Positions 8,153 to 16,847 of a stretch of DNA of 64,000 nt are shown piece after piece (positions within the stretch are counted from its first letter, which is position 1; each line of letters starts with the position of its first letter). The position numbers and the translations under genes are program-made. Origin of the DNA: a virus; the IMG/VR virus record IMGVR_UViG_3300032070_000613, positions 32,001 to 96,000 of that record. One strand, 5' to 3'. Under the pieces are notes generated by a model. It was not told where the DNA came from. It searched no databases and saw only the letters and a list, made by a program, of their open reading frames with translations.

Positions 8153-9583
8153 ATGCAAAATGACCTACTCAAAAATGTAAAGTATCGTTTACTTGACGAA
8201 TTGCGATATGCTGTCGAGAAGCATCAAGTTTACGTTGACAAAGTGAGAATTTATCATAAATTTCCAATGCAAGAAAGACCCAGTATTGGAATTATTTTAC
8301 GCAACGCCTCTTCCAGCAGAATAAAACTCTCCGCGGACGACAACGCCGGTACTCTCAAAAGTCACCTGACTCTGGCTAAAGCTGAGAATAAACCCTCGGG
8401 GTGTCTGGACTGGGTATGGGAAGATGCCGTGCATATGACCGAGCTCCAGCAGGATGAGGACCTCTCTAGTCAGATCCAGGGTACATCCACCTACGGTCAA
8501 AATCGTTTTTTCTATACCTCTAAAAAACCTATCATATCAGGAAAAAATAATACGGTCGTCGCTGATAATTTCAGGCAGGTCTCTCTCACCCTAAACGGTG
8601 AAAATGTGCTCGCTGAATTCATAGACGGTAAAAGAGGGATAGTAGCTCTCCCTCAGGCACCCGTGGTAGGAGACTCTCTAAAAATCAGCTATTACTATAA
8701 TAATCTCACTCCTCCTGGCAGGTATTATTTAGAGATCATATCCGCTACTCAGTTCGTCATAGATCCTTTCTATCAGGTACGAGACGAAGAGCTAATAATA
8801 GATACTACAGGATTAGAGACTACAGTCTCGCTGGCTCATGGTAATCTATATGGAGATTTTGATGTCCTCTATACCATGAAGACTAAATTCAGCAATAAAA
8901 TCTATCTGGAAAAAAACATAGACTACACTATTACGACAGCCGGAGTAATAACTTTTCTGAATCCACTCCCTGTAGGCACTACTCTCTATGCCAATTATCG
9001 GTGGGGTGGCGCTACCATGGGACCGTTTGATATCCCTGAGCCATTCCATTATAATAATACTGCGCTGCCGGGGGTCATACTGGCATTCAGTAATCAGCTG
9101 GACGTAGGGACTCGGGTGGTGGTGCTGGTATATCCTCAGAGGGAGCCCTCAGCCATTATTTATAGCGGGCATTATAAGATGGTTTTTGAGATAGACGTGT
9201 TTGCTAAAGACCCCATACAGCTCCCGGATCTCACAGACCATCTCATATCAGAGATATGGTCTAATCGCAGGCTGCCTCTGATCAGTGAGGGTTTGACCAT
9301 AGAGGAGATGGATCCTACGGGTGAGTCCGAGGAGGTCTACGATAACAATACAGGGGATTTGTATTATAAAAACAGTATCACTTTACAGATGATGACAGAG
9401 TGGAAAAAGTTTGTACCGCTCAGTATAGAGCTCATGGATTATGATACCAAACTCTATCAATATATCACGACAAAAAAATATGTGATCACGAATCAGAATA
9501 AAGTGCTGGAGATGAAACTAGTGCCGTGGACGGTGCCTTTTGAGGTGAAATATCCGAAAGTAGGATATGCCCGTCTGATTTGA
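8153..9583 (+). CDS. Putative tail terminator / tail completion protein with inserted beta-domains
   Basis: ERPSIGIILR N-terminus and FEIDVFAKD...LTDHL C-terminal pattern; immediately upstream of the sheath; insert resembles the sheath inserts. Confidence 0.5.
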   Translation: MQNDLLKNVKYRLLDELRYAVEKHQVYVDKVRIYHKFPMQERPSIGIILRNASSSRIKLSADDNAGTLKSHLTLAKAENKPSGCLDWVWEDAVHMTELQQDEDLSSQIQGTSTYGQNRFFYTSKKPIISGKNNTVVADNFRQVSLTLNGENVLAEFIDGKRGIVALPQAPVVGDSLKISYYYNNLTPPGRYYLEIISATQFVIDPFYQVRDEELIIDTTGLETTVSLAHGNLYGDFDVLYTMKTKFSNKIYLEKNIDYTITTAGVITFLNPLPVGTTLYANYRWGGATMGPFDIPEPFHYNNTALPGVILAFSNQLDVGTRVVVLVYPQREPSAIIYSGHYKMVFEIDVFAKDPIQLPDLTDHLISEIWSNRRLPLISEGLTIEEMDPTGESEEVYDNNTGDLYYKNSITLQMMTEWKKFVPLSIELMDYDTKLYQYITTKKYVITNQNKVLEMKLVPWTVPFEVKYPKVGYARLI

Positions 9584-9586
9584 TCG

Positions 9587-9606
9587 AATAATCTCTTAAT
9601 ATAGAT
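9587..9606 (+). promoter_or_regulatory. Recurrent promoter motif
   Basis: AATAATCTCTTAATATAGAT; 19 of 20 identical to 41989-42008. Confidence 0.7.
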
Positions 9607-9653
9607 ACCATTTTAAATTCATATTCACATCTCATATAAAAAGGAGTGTCGGT

Positions 9654-10124
9654 ATGCCGATTTATACGTACAAGTGTGAGGCGTGCAATTTTATTTTCGA
9701 AGAGTTGGTGTCGTACGATAAAAAAGATGATGTAAATTGTAATTTATGTAAAGGTAAAGCTCATAGGGGAGCGGCGGAGACATTCGGGATAAATACGACT
9801 CTGAATCCAAAAACAGATACGATTTATAGTCCAAAAGAAATAGATAAAGTAGTGGGGGCTGAGTCGGAGAAAAAGTGGGCTGGATATGATGAGCGCTGGC
9901 GGCAGCGATATGAGGCCCGGCAGCAAAAGAGATGGAAGGGTATGACTCCTACTCCCGTGAATATACCAAAGGATCCTGACGGAAAATATACGCCTATCAT
10001 GCATTTAGGGAATAGTAAAGACAGGGAGTTGAGGAGAGAATATTCTACGGCGTTGCAGGAGCATAGAGCGGAGAGAAAAAAGAGAGGTGAGGATCAGTTT
10101 GATGCGCCTGGGGCGATTCTATAG
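9654..10124 (+). CDS. FmdB-family zinc-ribbon protein
   Basis: MPIYTYKCEAC..FEELV...CNLC; AAGGAG RBS. Confidence 0.8.
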   Translation: MPIYTYKCEACNFIFEELVSYDKKDDVNCNLCKGKAHRGAAETFGINTTLNPKTDTIYSPKEIDKVVGAESEKKWAGYDERWRQRYEARQQKRWKGMTPTPVNIPKDPDGKYTPIMHLGNSKDRELRREYSTALQEHRAERKKRGEDQFDAPGAIL

Positions 10125-10134
10125 CTTAGTTACT

Positions 10135-10150
10135 AATACTCTCTTAATAT
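10135..10150 (+). promoter_or_regulatory. Recurrent promoter motif upstream of the sheath
   Basis: AATACTCTCTTAATAT, identical to 41989-42004. Confidence 0.7.
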
Positions 10151-10251
10151 TCAAATCCAAATAAGATACTCATAGCAGATATAGCCATATATACTATAAA
10201 ATAAAATCAACTGAAAAAATTAGTAATTAAGATATAAAAAGGAGCTCACTC

Positions 10252-13212
10252 ATGGCTATAGGACCTCTTGAAAGTTTTGTATTCCCGGGCGTATTAGTCC
10301 GTACTATCAATGAGGCCGCGGGAGCCTCCACTGCAGGTGACATACGTTTCCCAGCTATTATCGGAGTGTCCGCTGAAGAAGTCCGTGTAGCTGATTTTGA
10401 ATTGGTGAGAGGATCCTCTGCTATAGCGGACAACATTATCCTCGATGAGCTGGTGACAGGGATTTCTATATCTACACCGTCTGGATATACTCCGGGTTGG
10501 ATAGGTGGGGCGCAGGGTAGTGTGAAATCGTTCCGCGTAGCCAATGTCCCCATCGTCACTGGTGATGGTTCTGGAAAAGTTGGTACATCTCCCTCCAATG
10601 TAATAGTCACCGTCAATAATGAAAATGTAGCCGTCAATTCAATAAACGGGCTCACCGGTCAGGTAGATCTGGTCGTGATACCTAAAGACACCGATGTTGT
10701 TCGTGTCAATTATTATTTCAAGAGACGTGATACGTATATCGAGAACGAGAATCTCATTCTCCAGGCTGACGGATCCAATAAGATTTTCAAAGTCCATAGC
10801 GCTCGTATAGTGAAGGGTGATAACAGTGGTACGTCGGCTACGGATGCCGATATCAACGGTACGGTAAAAATTCTTTATGATCCTACTCCGACCACTAATC
10901 CTGGTGATGAATTTGAGAGGACTGTAAAAGTCATCGATGTTAAAGTGGATGGTGTATCTGCCACTATTACCGCTTTGGACGGTTCTACGGGTAGAGTCAC
11001 TCTGCAGACTGCTCCTACAGGAGGTGGCAGTCATACTCTTACGGTGACGTATTTCACGAATATCTGGCAGGACACATATGATATTCTACCCGCTCCTGTT
11101 GTGAATAGAGTCATCGAGGTGGGACTCAGCCAGGACACATCGGATTTCTCCGTGGGTAATGATTGTGTCCTGTCTGGAGATAATAAGCTGCACTGGGGTA
11201 ATTCTTATCAGAAGACTCAGGGTGTCTACACTGTAGGGTCTACGGCTGTAATAAACAACATAGTGCCTTCTATCACAGATACTAAAGTTTATGGTAGAGT
11301 GGCTGCTCCTGCAGTGCCTAGTGGTGTGGATGCGGATAATATTCCTCTGAACACTGATGGCAACAAAGTTTTCATTCTACCCACAGCTCCTGTTGATTCG
11401 AGTGGTACTGGAGTGGCTACAGAAGATACCACATTGATTACGGCTTATGTAGGTTCGACATGGGCGTTAGCCTATGCTGGTGGTGCAGTGACAGTCATGT
11501 CTATCAGTGGCAGTCAGATTACACTAGCGGTATCTCCTTCGAATGCCCTCTCGGAAAAAGTATATGTCACCTATTATGAGAACAACATAGTAGATGATGA
11601 CTGGCTGTTTACAGTGCGTGTACCTGGTATTGCTACAGTGGGTAAGTATACGGTTTCTTCTTTGCTCCATGGTAATGCATTATCTGTGACGCAGGCTGCG
11701 GGTGGGACAGCAGTTTTTGCTTATGTAGGTGGTTATATTAATTGTGAAGTAAATCCTCTTATAGCATCTGTAGAACGTGTAAGATGTACATTTGATGGCT
11801 CTAACAGTTTTACGGTTACTTCTATGGTTGGAACGACCCTCACTCCCTGGGTGCCTAACGGTCGTACCGGTTCGGTCATTACCTATAATCAGAACATAGG
11901 TAAACTCGGTAAAACGTATATCGATCCTACGACTGGGTTCAGAGTGACGTTCGATGCTTCAACAGTGCCCGCAAATAGTACTTATGTGGAATTTGATGTA
12001 GGTGATCCTACCGTATCTAATGCTACTCAGAGACTCTATATCACTGCCAATACCCCTATCGTAAAAGTGATCCCGGGTATGTATATCACGGTATCGACGA
12101 CCTCTGGTAGCTATGCTGATGATACAGTAGTGCTCAGCACCTATAATAAGAGCGGTAATGAGCCCAATGTAGGTGATATGTACTATGTCACATTTGATAA
12201 GGCTAAGACTGATTACACTACGAAATTCCTGACGAATATGCGTGATGTAATCAAATATTTCGGGCCGATCGACATCAACAATAAAGTGACCATCGCCGCT
12301 AATCTGTGTTTTCTGAATGGTGCCCGTGCAGTGGCTATCAAGCAAATTTTAAGAGTGACGGGTGGTACGGACGCGAGTGTGCAGGATTACATTGATGGTA
12401 TCGATGCTTTTGGTGAGCCGATGCCGAACGGTCTGCGTCCGTCTATGGTACAACCGCTATCGACAAATTCGGAGGTACAGAGTTATCTGAAGACCTCTAA
12501 TGCTATACAATCCAGTATCCGGTATAGGAACGAGCGTACTAGCGTTATAGGTTTTGCGGTCGGGACTACTTCTGATGAGGTTATTCAGAAATGTAAGAAT
12601 CTCGCTACCGAGAAAGTCACGGCAGTGTATCCTGATGGTGCTATCATTGGTATCGTCGACACCTACGGTAATGAAGTCGAATATATCGTCGATGGATCGA
12701 TGATTGCTGCCGCGGTGGCTGGGCGTGATATTTCTCCTGTCTCAGATATTGCTACTCCTCTGACCAATGCCACGATCGTAGGTTTCAAGAGACTCTACAG
12801 GAGATTGGATAATGTTACTGCGGCGTTGGTGGCGAATGCCGGGTGTACGGTACTTGAGGAGCAGACTCCGGTTATCAGGATTTTGATGTATTTGACTACA
12901 GATATGTCCACATCGTTGACGAGGGATCCTCGTATTGTTGAGGTGAAGCATTCGATTCAGCAGGGTTTGCGTACTGCTTTACAGCGGTATATCGGCTCCA
13001 AGAACCTGCCGAAGATGCAGCCTCAGATCAGGGATACGGTGGGGTCTTATTTCAAGCAGCTCAAGAAGAATGAGATCATTGTGGATTTCACGGGTATCAA
13101 TGTTAAGCAGAACGAGAGTGATCCGAGTACGGTGGATGTGGAGGCATATTACAGTCCAGTGTTCCCGTTGAACTGGATTGTTGTGACGTTGAACCTGAGA
13201 CAGAGTCTGTAA
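10252..13212 (+). CDS. Contractile tail sheath protein
   Basis: N-terminal FPGVLVRT, PAIIG; C-terminal IAAAVAG, LANAGCTVLE-like segment, YIGSK, VDVEAYYSPVFPLNWIVVTL. Confidence 0.9.
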   Translation: MAIGPLESFVFPGVLVRTINEAAGASTAGDIRFPAIIGVSAEEVRVADFELVRGSSAIADNIILDELVTGISISTPSGYTPGWIGGAQGSVKSFRVANVPIVTGDGSGKVGTSPSNVIVTVNNENVAVNSINGLTGQVDLVVIPKDTDVVRVNYYFKRRDTYIENENLILQADGSNKIFKVHSARIVKGDNSGTSATDADINGTVKILYDPTPTTNPGDEFERTVKVIDVKVDGVSATITALDGSTGRVTLQTAPTGGGSHTLTVTYFTNIWQDTYDILPAPVVNRVIEVGLSQDTSDFSVGNDCVLSGDNKLHWGNSYQKTQGVYTVGSTAVINNIVPSITDTKVYGRVAAPAVPSGVDADNIPLNTDGNKVFILPTAPVDSSGTGVATEDTTLITAYVGSTWALAYAGGAVTVMSISGSQITLAVSPSNALSEKVYVTYYENNIVDDDWLFTVRVPGIATVGKYTVSSLLHGNALSVTQAAGGTAVFAYVGGYINCEVNPLIASVERVRCTFDGSNSFTVTSMVGTTLTPWVPNGRTGSVITYNQNIGKLGKTYIDPTTGFRVTFDASTVPANSTYVEFDVGDPTVSNATQRLYITANTPIVKVIPGMYITVSTTSGSYADDTVVLSTYNKSGNEPNVGDMYYVTFDKAKTDYTTKFLTNMRDVIKYFGPIDINNKVTIAANLCFLNGARAVAIKQILRVTGGTDASVQDYIDGIDAFGEPMPNGLRPSMVQPLSTNSEVQSYLKTSNAIQSSIRYRNERTSVIGFAVGTTSDEVIQKCKNLATEKVTAVYPDGAIIGIVDTYGNEVEYIVDGSMIAAAVAGRDISPVSDIATPLTNATIVGFKRLYRRLDNVTAALVANAGCTVLEEQTPVIRILMYLTTDMSTSLTRDPRIVEVKHSIQQGLRTALQRYIGSKNLPKMQPQIRDTVGSYFKQLKKNEIIVDFTGINVKQNESDPSTVDVEAYYSPVFPLNWIVVTLNLRQSL

Positions 13213-13259
13213 CCAATAACCAAACAGAAGTAAACCACTATTTTGAAGGAGCATGACAT

Positions 13260-14297
13260 ATGGATCGCATAGCATTAGCAAAGAGATTAGAGGGTCTTTC
13301 GAAGGTGTTTGCCAGTGATTCCCCGTATCACAGGGATCTGAAGGCCATGTCGGAAGTCCTTCAAAAAGTTGATGATGATAAGTTCAAAACTATTCTGAGT
13401 ACAGATTTTGTATCGGATGTTGTTGCTGGTGATAAAGAGGCAGTTCAGCCTATGCTTCAGCAGCCGCTACCTACTACCAGGGAGCGTATGGAGGAGATGA
13501 GAGGCAGGTCTGGTCGTCCGATGCCGACTAGTGATCCTAAGAGTCAGGCTGATTTCATGAAATCTTTTGTGCAGAAAGCTATACAGGAGGGATGGCTCTC
13601 TCCTGAAGGTATGCAAGAAGCTAAGAAGCTTCGTATTGAGCCTGCACCGATGCCTATGAAAGCTCCTGCTGTTAAGCCCATACCTGGACTCGTTCGTGAA
13701 CAGGAGACTGCCATGAGTGCGGAGGCTTCTACGGAGCCGGTAGGGTTGTATTGGAACAAGGAGGCTTCGGAAGCTATTCTGAATAATCTTTTACGTGATG
13801 TCGTAGGGATGGATAAGAAGCAGATAGAGGATACTGGGCGTCATCTCGAAAAGAATCAGATTCCGGATGGTTCTCATGATGGTGAGAAGGCCAAGAATCT
13901 CAAGCCGGAGCAGACTCCTGATCAGGAATATCTGGATTCAGGTATTGTTGAGAAGTCTCACGGTAAGGTGAGAAAAGAAGCAGCGGCTGAAGAAGATGAG
14001 AAAGAGGATAAAAAGGAAGATAAGAAAGAGGATAAAGCTGCTACTGCTGTAGAGGAAAAGGAAGATGCGGAGGAAAAAGAAGCTACTCTTGAGGATATTA
14101 AAAAGAAAAAGGAAGAGGATAAGAAGAAAAAGATGGAAAAGACGGTCGAAAAGCTCGAGGAAGAAAAGAAAGAGAAAAAGCCTGAGGAAGATAAGAAGGA
14201 AGCGAATATCATTGAGGGCATCGAACTTGGGGAGCCTATGGATGATGTAGTCCTCGATGCCGCTGAGCAGGAGAAACTGAGTAAACTATTTATATAA
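13260..14297 (+). CDS. Acidic, Lys/Glu-rich hypothetical protein with repeated KEA motifs
   Basis: AAGGAG RBS; low-complexity C-terminus; lies between sheath and tube. Confidence 0.6.
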   Translation: MDRIALAKRLEGLSKVFASDSPYHRDLKAMSEVLQKVDDDKFKTILSTDFVSDVVAGDKEAVQPMLQQPLPTTRERMEEMRGRSGRPMPTSDPKSQADFMKSFVQKAIQEGWLSPEGMQEAKKLRIEPAPMPMKAPAVKPIPGLVREQETAMSAEASTEPVGLYWNKEASEAILNNLLRDVVGMDKKQIEDTGRHLEKNQIPDGSHDGEKAKNLKPEQTPDQEYLDSGIVEKSHGKVRKEAAAEEDEKEDKKEDKKEDKAATAVEEKEDAEEKEATLEDIKKKKEEDKKKKMEKTVEKLEEEKKEKKPEEDKKEANIIEGIELGEPMDDVVLDAAEQEKLSKLFI

Positions 14298-14308
14298 GGA
14301 GATAACAT

Positions 14309-15028
14309 ATGGCGGCAAGAGATAGAGATACATACGTACATCGTCGGGGAGTAACTCCCGAGACAGCTTCTATCATAAGTTCTAAAAACAGAATTTATGC
14401 TGTACCTGCAGACGTCCAGACAGGCGGTCTTTTTCAGATTGGTGTTGTGGCGACATTTGATCCTTCTGAGACACGTGCGATAGAACCCGTACGTGGTATT
14501 GGTTTTGGAGATCATGTTGCTGAGTTGGTCCCTGGAGTTACTGAGCCGATGACTCTAGCTGTCACGCGTACAGCGCAATATCTCTCTATGATCTATCAGG
14601 TTTTTGGTTATAAAGGGGGTATTGACGGGCTAGTGCGTTCTTTACGTCATCATAAATGGCCTTTTGACATTGTTCAAGAGATTGTTCTGAGTAACTTGCC
14701 GGATGTGGTTGATAATGAAAATAGCGTTGAAAAGAGTGAATATTTGAGTACTATAGGAGGTTTAAAAGCGATATTGACCTATTATCAGGGTTGTTGGATA
14801 TCTGATTATAGTGTATCCTATGCCGCGGATGCTGCTTTAGTGCAGGAGTCTGTGACTGTTAATGTAACTGACATTCTTGGTGATATAGCTACTGCGTATG
14901 ATGAGAGTACGCCATTATTTAATTATGATTATGCTCGTTCTAAAATAGTGGAGTCAGCTTATAACCCTGGCATTACTAATCGTACTGGAGGAGAGCTCGA
15001 ACCCAGTGCAGGAATGACGCTTACGTAA
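14309..15028 (+). CDS. Tail tube protein
   Basis: TAAGGAG RBS; VRGIG...ELVPG, PFDI, YQGCWISDYSVSY...VQESVTV; follows the sheath. Confidence 0.8.
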   Translation: MAARDRDTYVHRRGVTPETASIISSKNRIYAVPADVQTGGLFQIGVVATFDPSETRAIEPVRGIGFGDHVAELVPGVTEPMTLAVTRTAQYLSMIYQVFGYKGGIDGLVRSLRHHKWPFDIVQEIVLSNLPDVVDNENSVEKSEYLSTIGGLKAILTYYQGCWISDYSVSYAADAALVQESVTVNVTDILGDIATAYDESTPLFNYDYARSKIVESAYNPGITNRTGGELEPSAGMTLT

Positions 15029-15036
15029 GTTCTCAA

Positions 15037-15058
15037 CGGGGATATCCCCGGGATTTTT
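15037..15058 (+). terminator. Possible terminator hairpin after the tube gene
   Basis: Palindrome CGGGGATATCCCCG followed by GGATTTTT. Confidence 0.45.
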
Positions 15059-15165
15059 ATATTTATATAATATATCATATTTTACATTTCATTTTTATAT
15101 AACATAAAATAATTATCTCATATTACTTCATAAATCCCCTGTTTGTATATCCCCTTGTAGGAAAT

Positions 15166-15181
15166 ATTTATCTGTTAATAT
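15166..15181 (+). promoter_or_regulatory. Variant promoter motif
   Basis: ATTTATCTGTTAATAT upstream of the 15222 gene. Confidence 0.5.
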
Positions 15182-15221
15182 TTTTGCCATATCCATAACC
15201 ATATTTAAAAGGAGCCTTTAT

Positions 15222-15776
15222 ATGGGTCTGACTGATGTTTTCCAATCTATTCAGAAGAGTCTTAGTTTCACTAAAGCGGTAGAGATTTCCGGAATAAAAT
15301 TTGATTTAGGCTTACTTTCTTTTGAAGAGGATACAAAGACTGATATTCTTCCTCAAGAAAATATTGAGCCTTTAGTTTATTACAATGAAATGCGTATACA
15401 GACGCTATCATATGCTATAAAAAGTATCAATGGAGAGCCGGTACCCGCTGTAGTGGATATAAAAAAAGGGGATATCGTAGAAAAGAAACAAGGCTCTTTA
15501 TTTGTGAAAGAATTTCTTTCTACACTACCGGTTAAAATTATAGAGCAGCTTTTTGATGTCTATATAGATCTTAAAGAAGAGTCTGAAGCTACTTTGGAAA
15601 AAGAAATAAAATATAACTGGTTTAAGACGCCGGAGCAAAGGGAAGAGGAGTCTAAAAAGAAAAAGGAAGAGCCGTCTGAAAAAAAGAAAGAAGAGGAAGC
15701 AGCATCAGATAACACACAGGATATAAAATTAAAAGAGATTCATGAGCCTCTTGAGGAAGATAAACCTAGTGCATAA
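15222..15776 (+). CDS. Putative tail assembly chaperone
   Basis: Between tube and tape measure; TLSYAIKSINGEPV, FLSTLP..IIEQLF.VY. Confidence 0.65.
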   Translation: MGLTDVFQSIQKSLSFTKAVEISGIKFDLGLLSFEEDTKTDILPQENIEPLVYYNEMRIQTLSYAIKSINGEPVPAVVDIKKGDIVEKKQGSLFVKEFLSTLPVKIIEQLFDVYIDLKEESEATLEKEIKYNWFKTPEQREEESKKKKEEPSEKKKEEEAASDNTQDIKLKEIHEPLEEDKPSA

Positions 15777-15778
15777 TT

Positions 15779-16843
15779 ATGGAAGTCCAGCAGGCATATA
15801 ATAACATTGAGAAAGTCATAGTCCAAGGTTTTCTTATTGCAGGACTATCCTTTAAAAATCATTATTTTTTGCTGAAAAACATTACAGACAAGGAATATGA
15901 GAATCTTAATTTGTATGTAAAAGAAGATGATTCTATCTATAATTTGATTTATCAGATTTCATTTTGTACCGCATTTGTAGATAGTAATAATTTTTTAGAG
16001 AGTAGGTTCGAAAAGATACCAGAGCTCGTACGGTTCTATTCTAAAATGCCTATAATATTTATTAATAAAGTGAAGGATACGATACAGAAGATAAATACGG
16101 AATATTTTGAATCTCTTGAATTTTTGGAAGGTTTTTGTTATACGGATAAATCCAGGCATTTGTGGAAGGTTTTCGATTATACGAATAAAGATACATATCT
16201 AGGGATTTCTGGGTTGAATAATGTTGGTATGAATTCAGTTCAGGAGAATTGGATTATTATAAATAAGAGGCTTGATGAGGAGGAGGCATACAGTAGCAAT
16301 TTGAATATGACGTTTATCATATCTTCTTCGATGAACCCCAAAGGTACCAAGGAGATGTCTCGGAATTATGATTTTCATAAAAGGGAGTTAGATGAGCTTC
16401 GTAAAGACATAGCTAAATACGGTCATGATAAGAAAAGAGTAAAAGAGCAGCAGGAAAAAGCTGAATGGACAGCGCCAATAAAGAGTCGTGAGGATTTGGT
16501 ACGTGAGCTTTATCGGCAGATGTCTGGTAAAAAAGACAAGCATGATCTATTCATAGATGAGTGGGTTAAGCAGCAGAAAGCGGCTGCTGAGAGGATTAAA
16601 GAGCAGGCTGAGGAGCGTCAGCGTGTGTTTAGGGCTAAGATCCAGGAGGTTGATTTGAGTTCGATAGAGGATTCGAGGCCTATATCAGCATCAGAGCTTA
16701 AAAAAGTATTGGCTCAGAAGAAGATTTCTAAAACCGATATGGTAGTGAGTCAGCCTATGATGTCTTTTGATGAGCGTGATGAGAAAGAGCGATTTTTGAA
16801 GAAAATAAGTGCTACTATCATACGTCCGAATAAGAAGGATTGA
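15779..16843 (+). CDS. Putative second tail assembly chaperone
   Basis: Synteny; helical protein with SRHLWK and NSVQENW motifs. Confidence 0.45.
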   Translation: MEVQQAYNNIEKVIVQGFLIAGLSFKNHYFLLKNITDKEYENLNLYVKEDDSIYNLIYQISFCTAFVDSNNFLESRFEKIPELVRFYSKMPIIFINKVKDTIQKINTEYFESLEFLEGFCYTDKSRHLWKVFDYTNKDTYLGISGLNNVGMNSVQENWIIINKRLDEEEAYSSNLNMTFIISSSMNPKGTKEMSRNYDFHKRELDELRKDIAKYGHDKKRVKEQQEKAEWTAPIKSREDLVRELYRQMSGKKDKHDLFIDEWVKQQKAAAERIKEQAEERQRVFRAKIQEVDLSSIEDSRPISASELKKVLAQKKISKTDMVVSQPMMSFDERDEKERFLKKISATIIRPNKKD

Positions 16844-16847
16844 AAAT

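Noticed and set aside
15680-15779. Lambda G/GT-type -1 frameshift at A AAA AAG joining the two chaperone genes (the downstream gene is in the -1 frame)
   Set aside because: The -1 frame hits TAA at 15710 and TGA at 15743 before reaching 15779, so no fusion is possible
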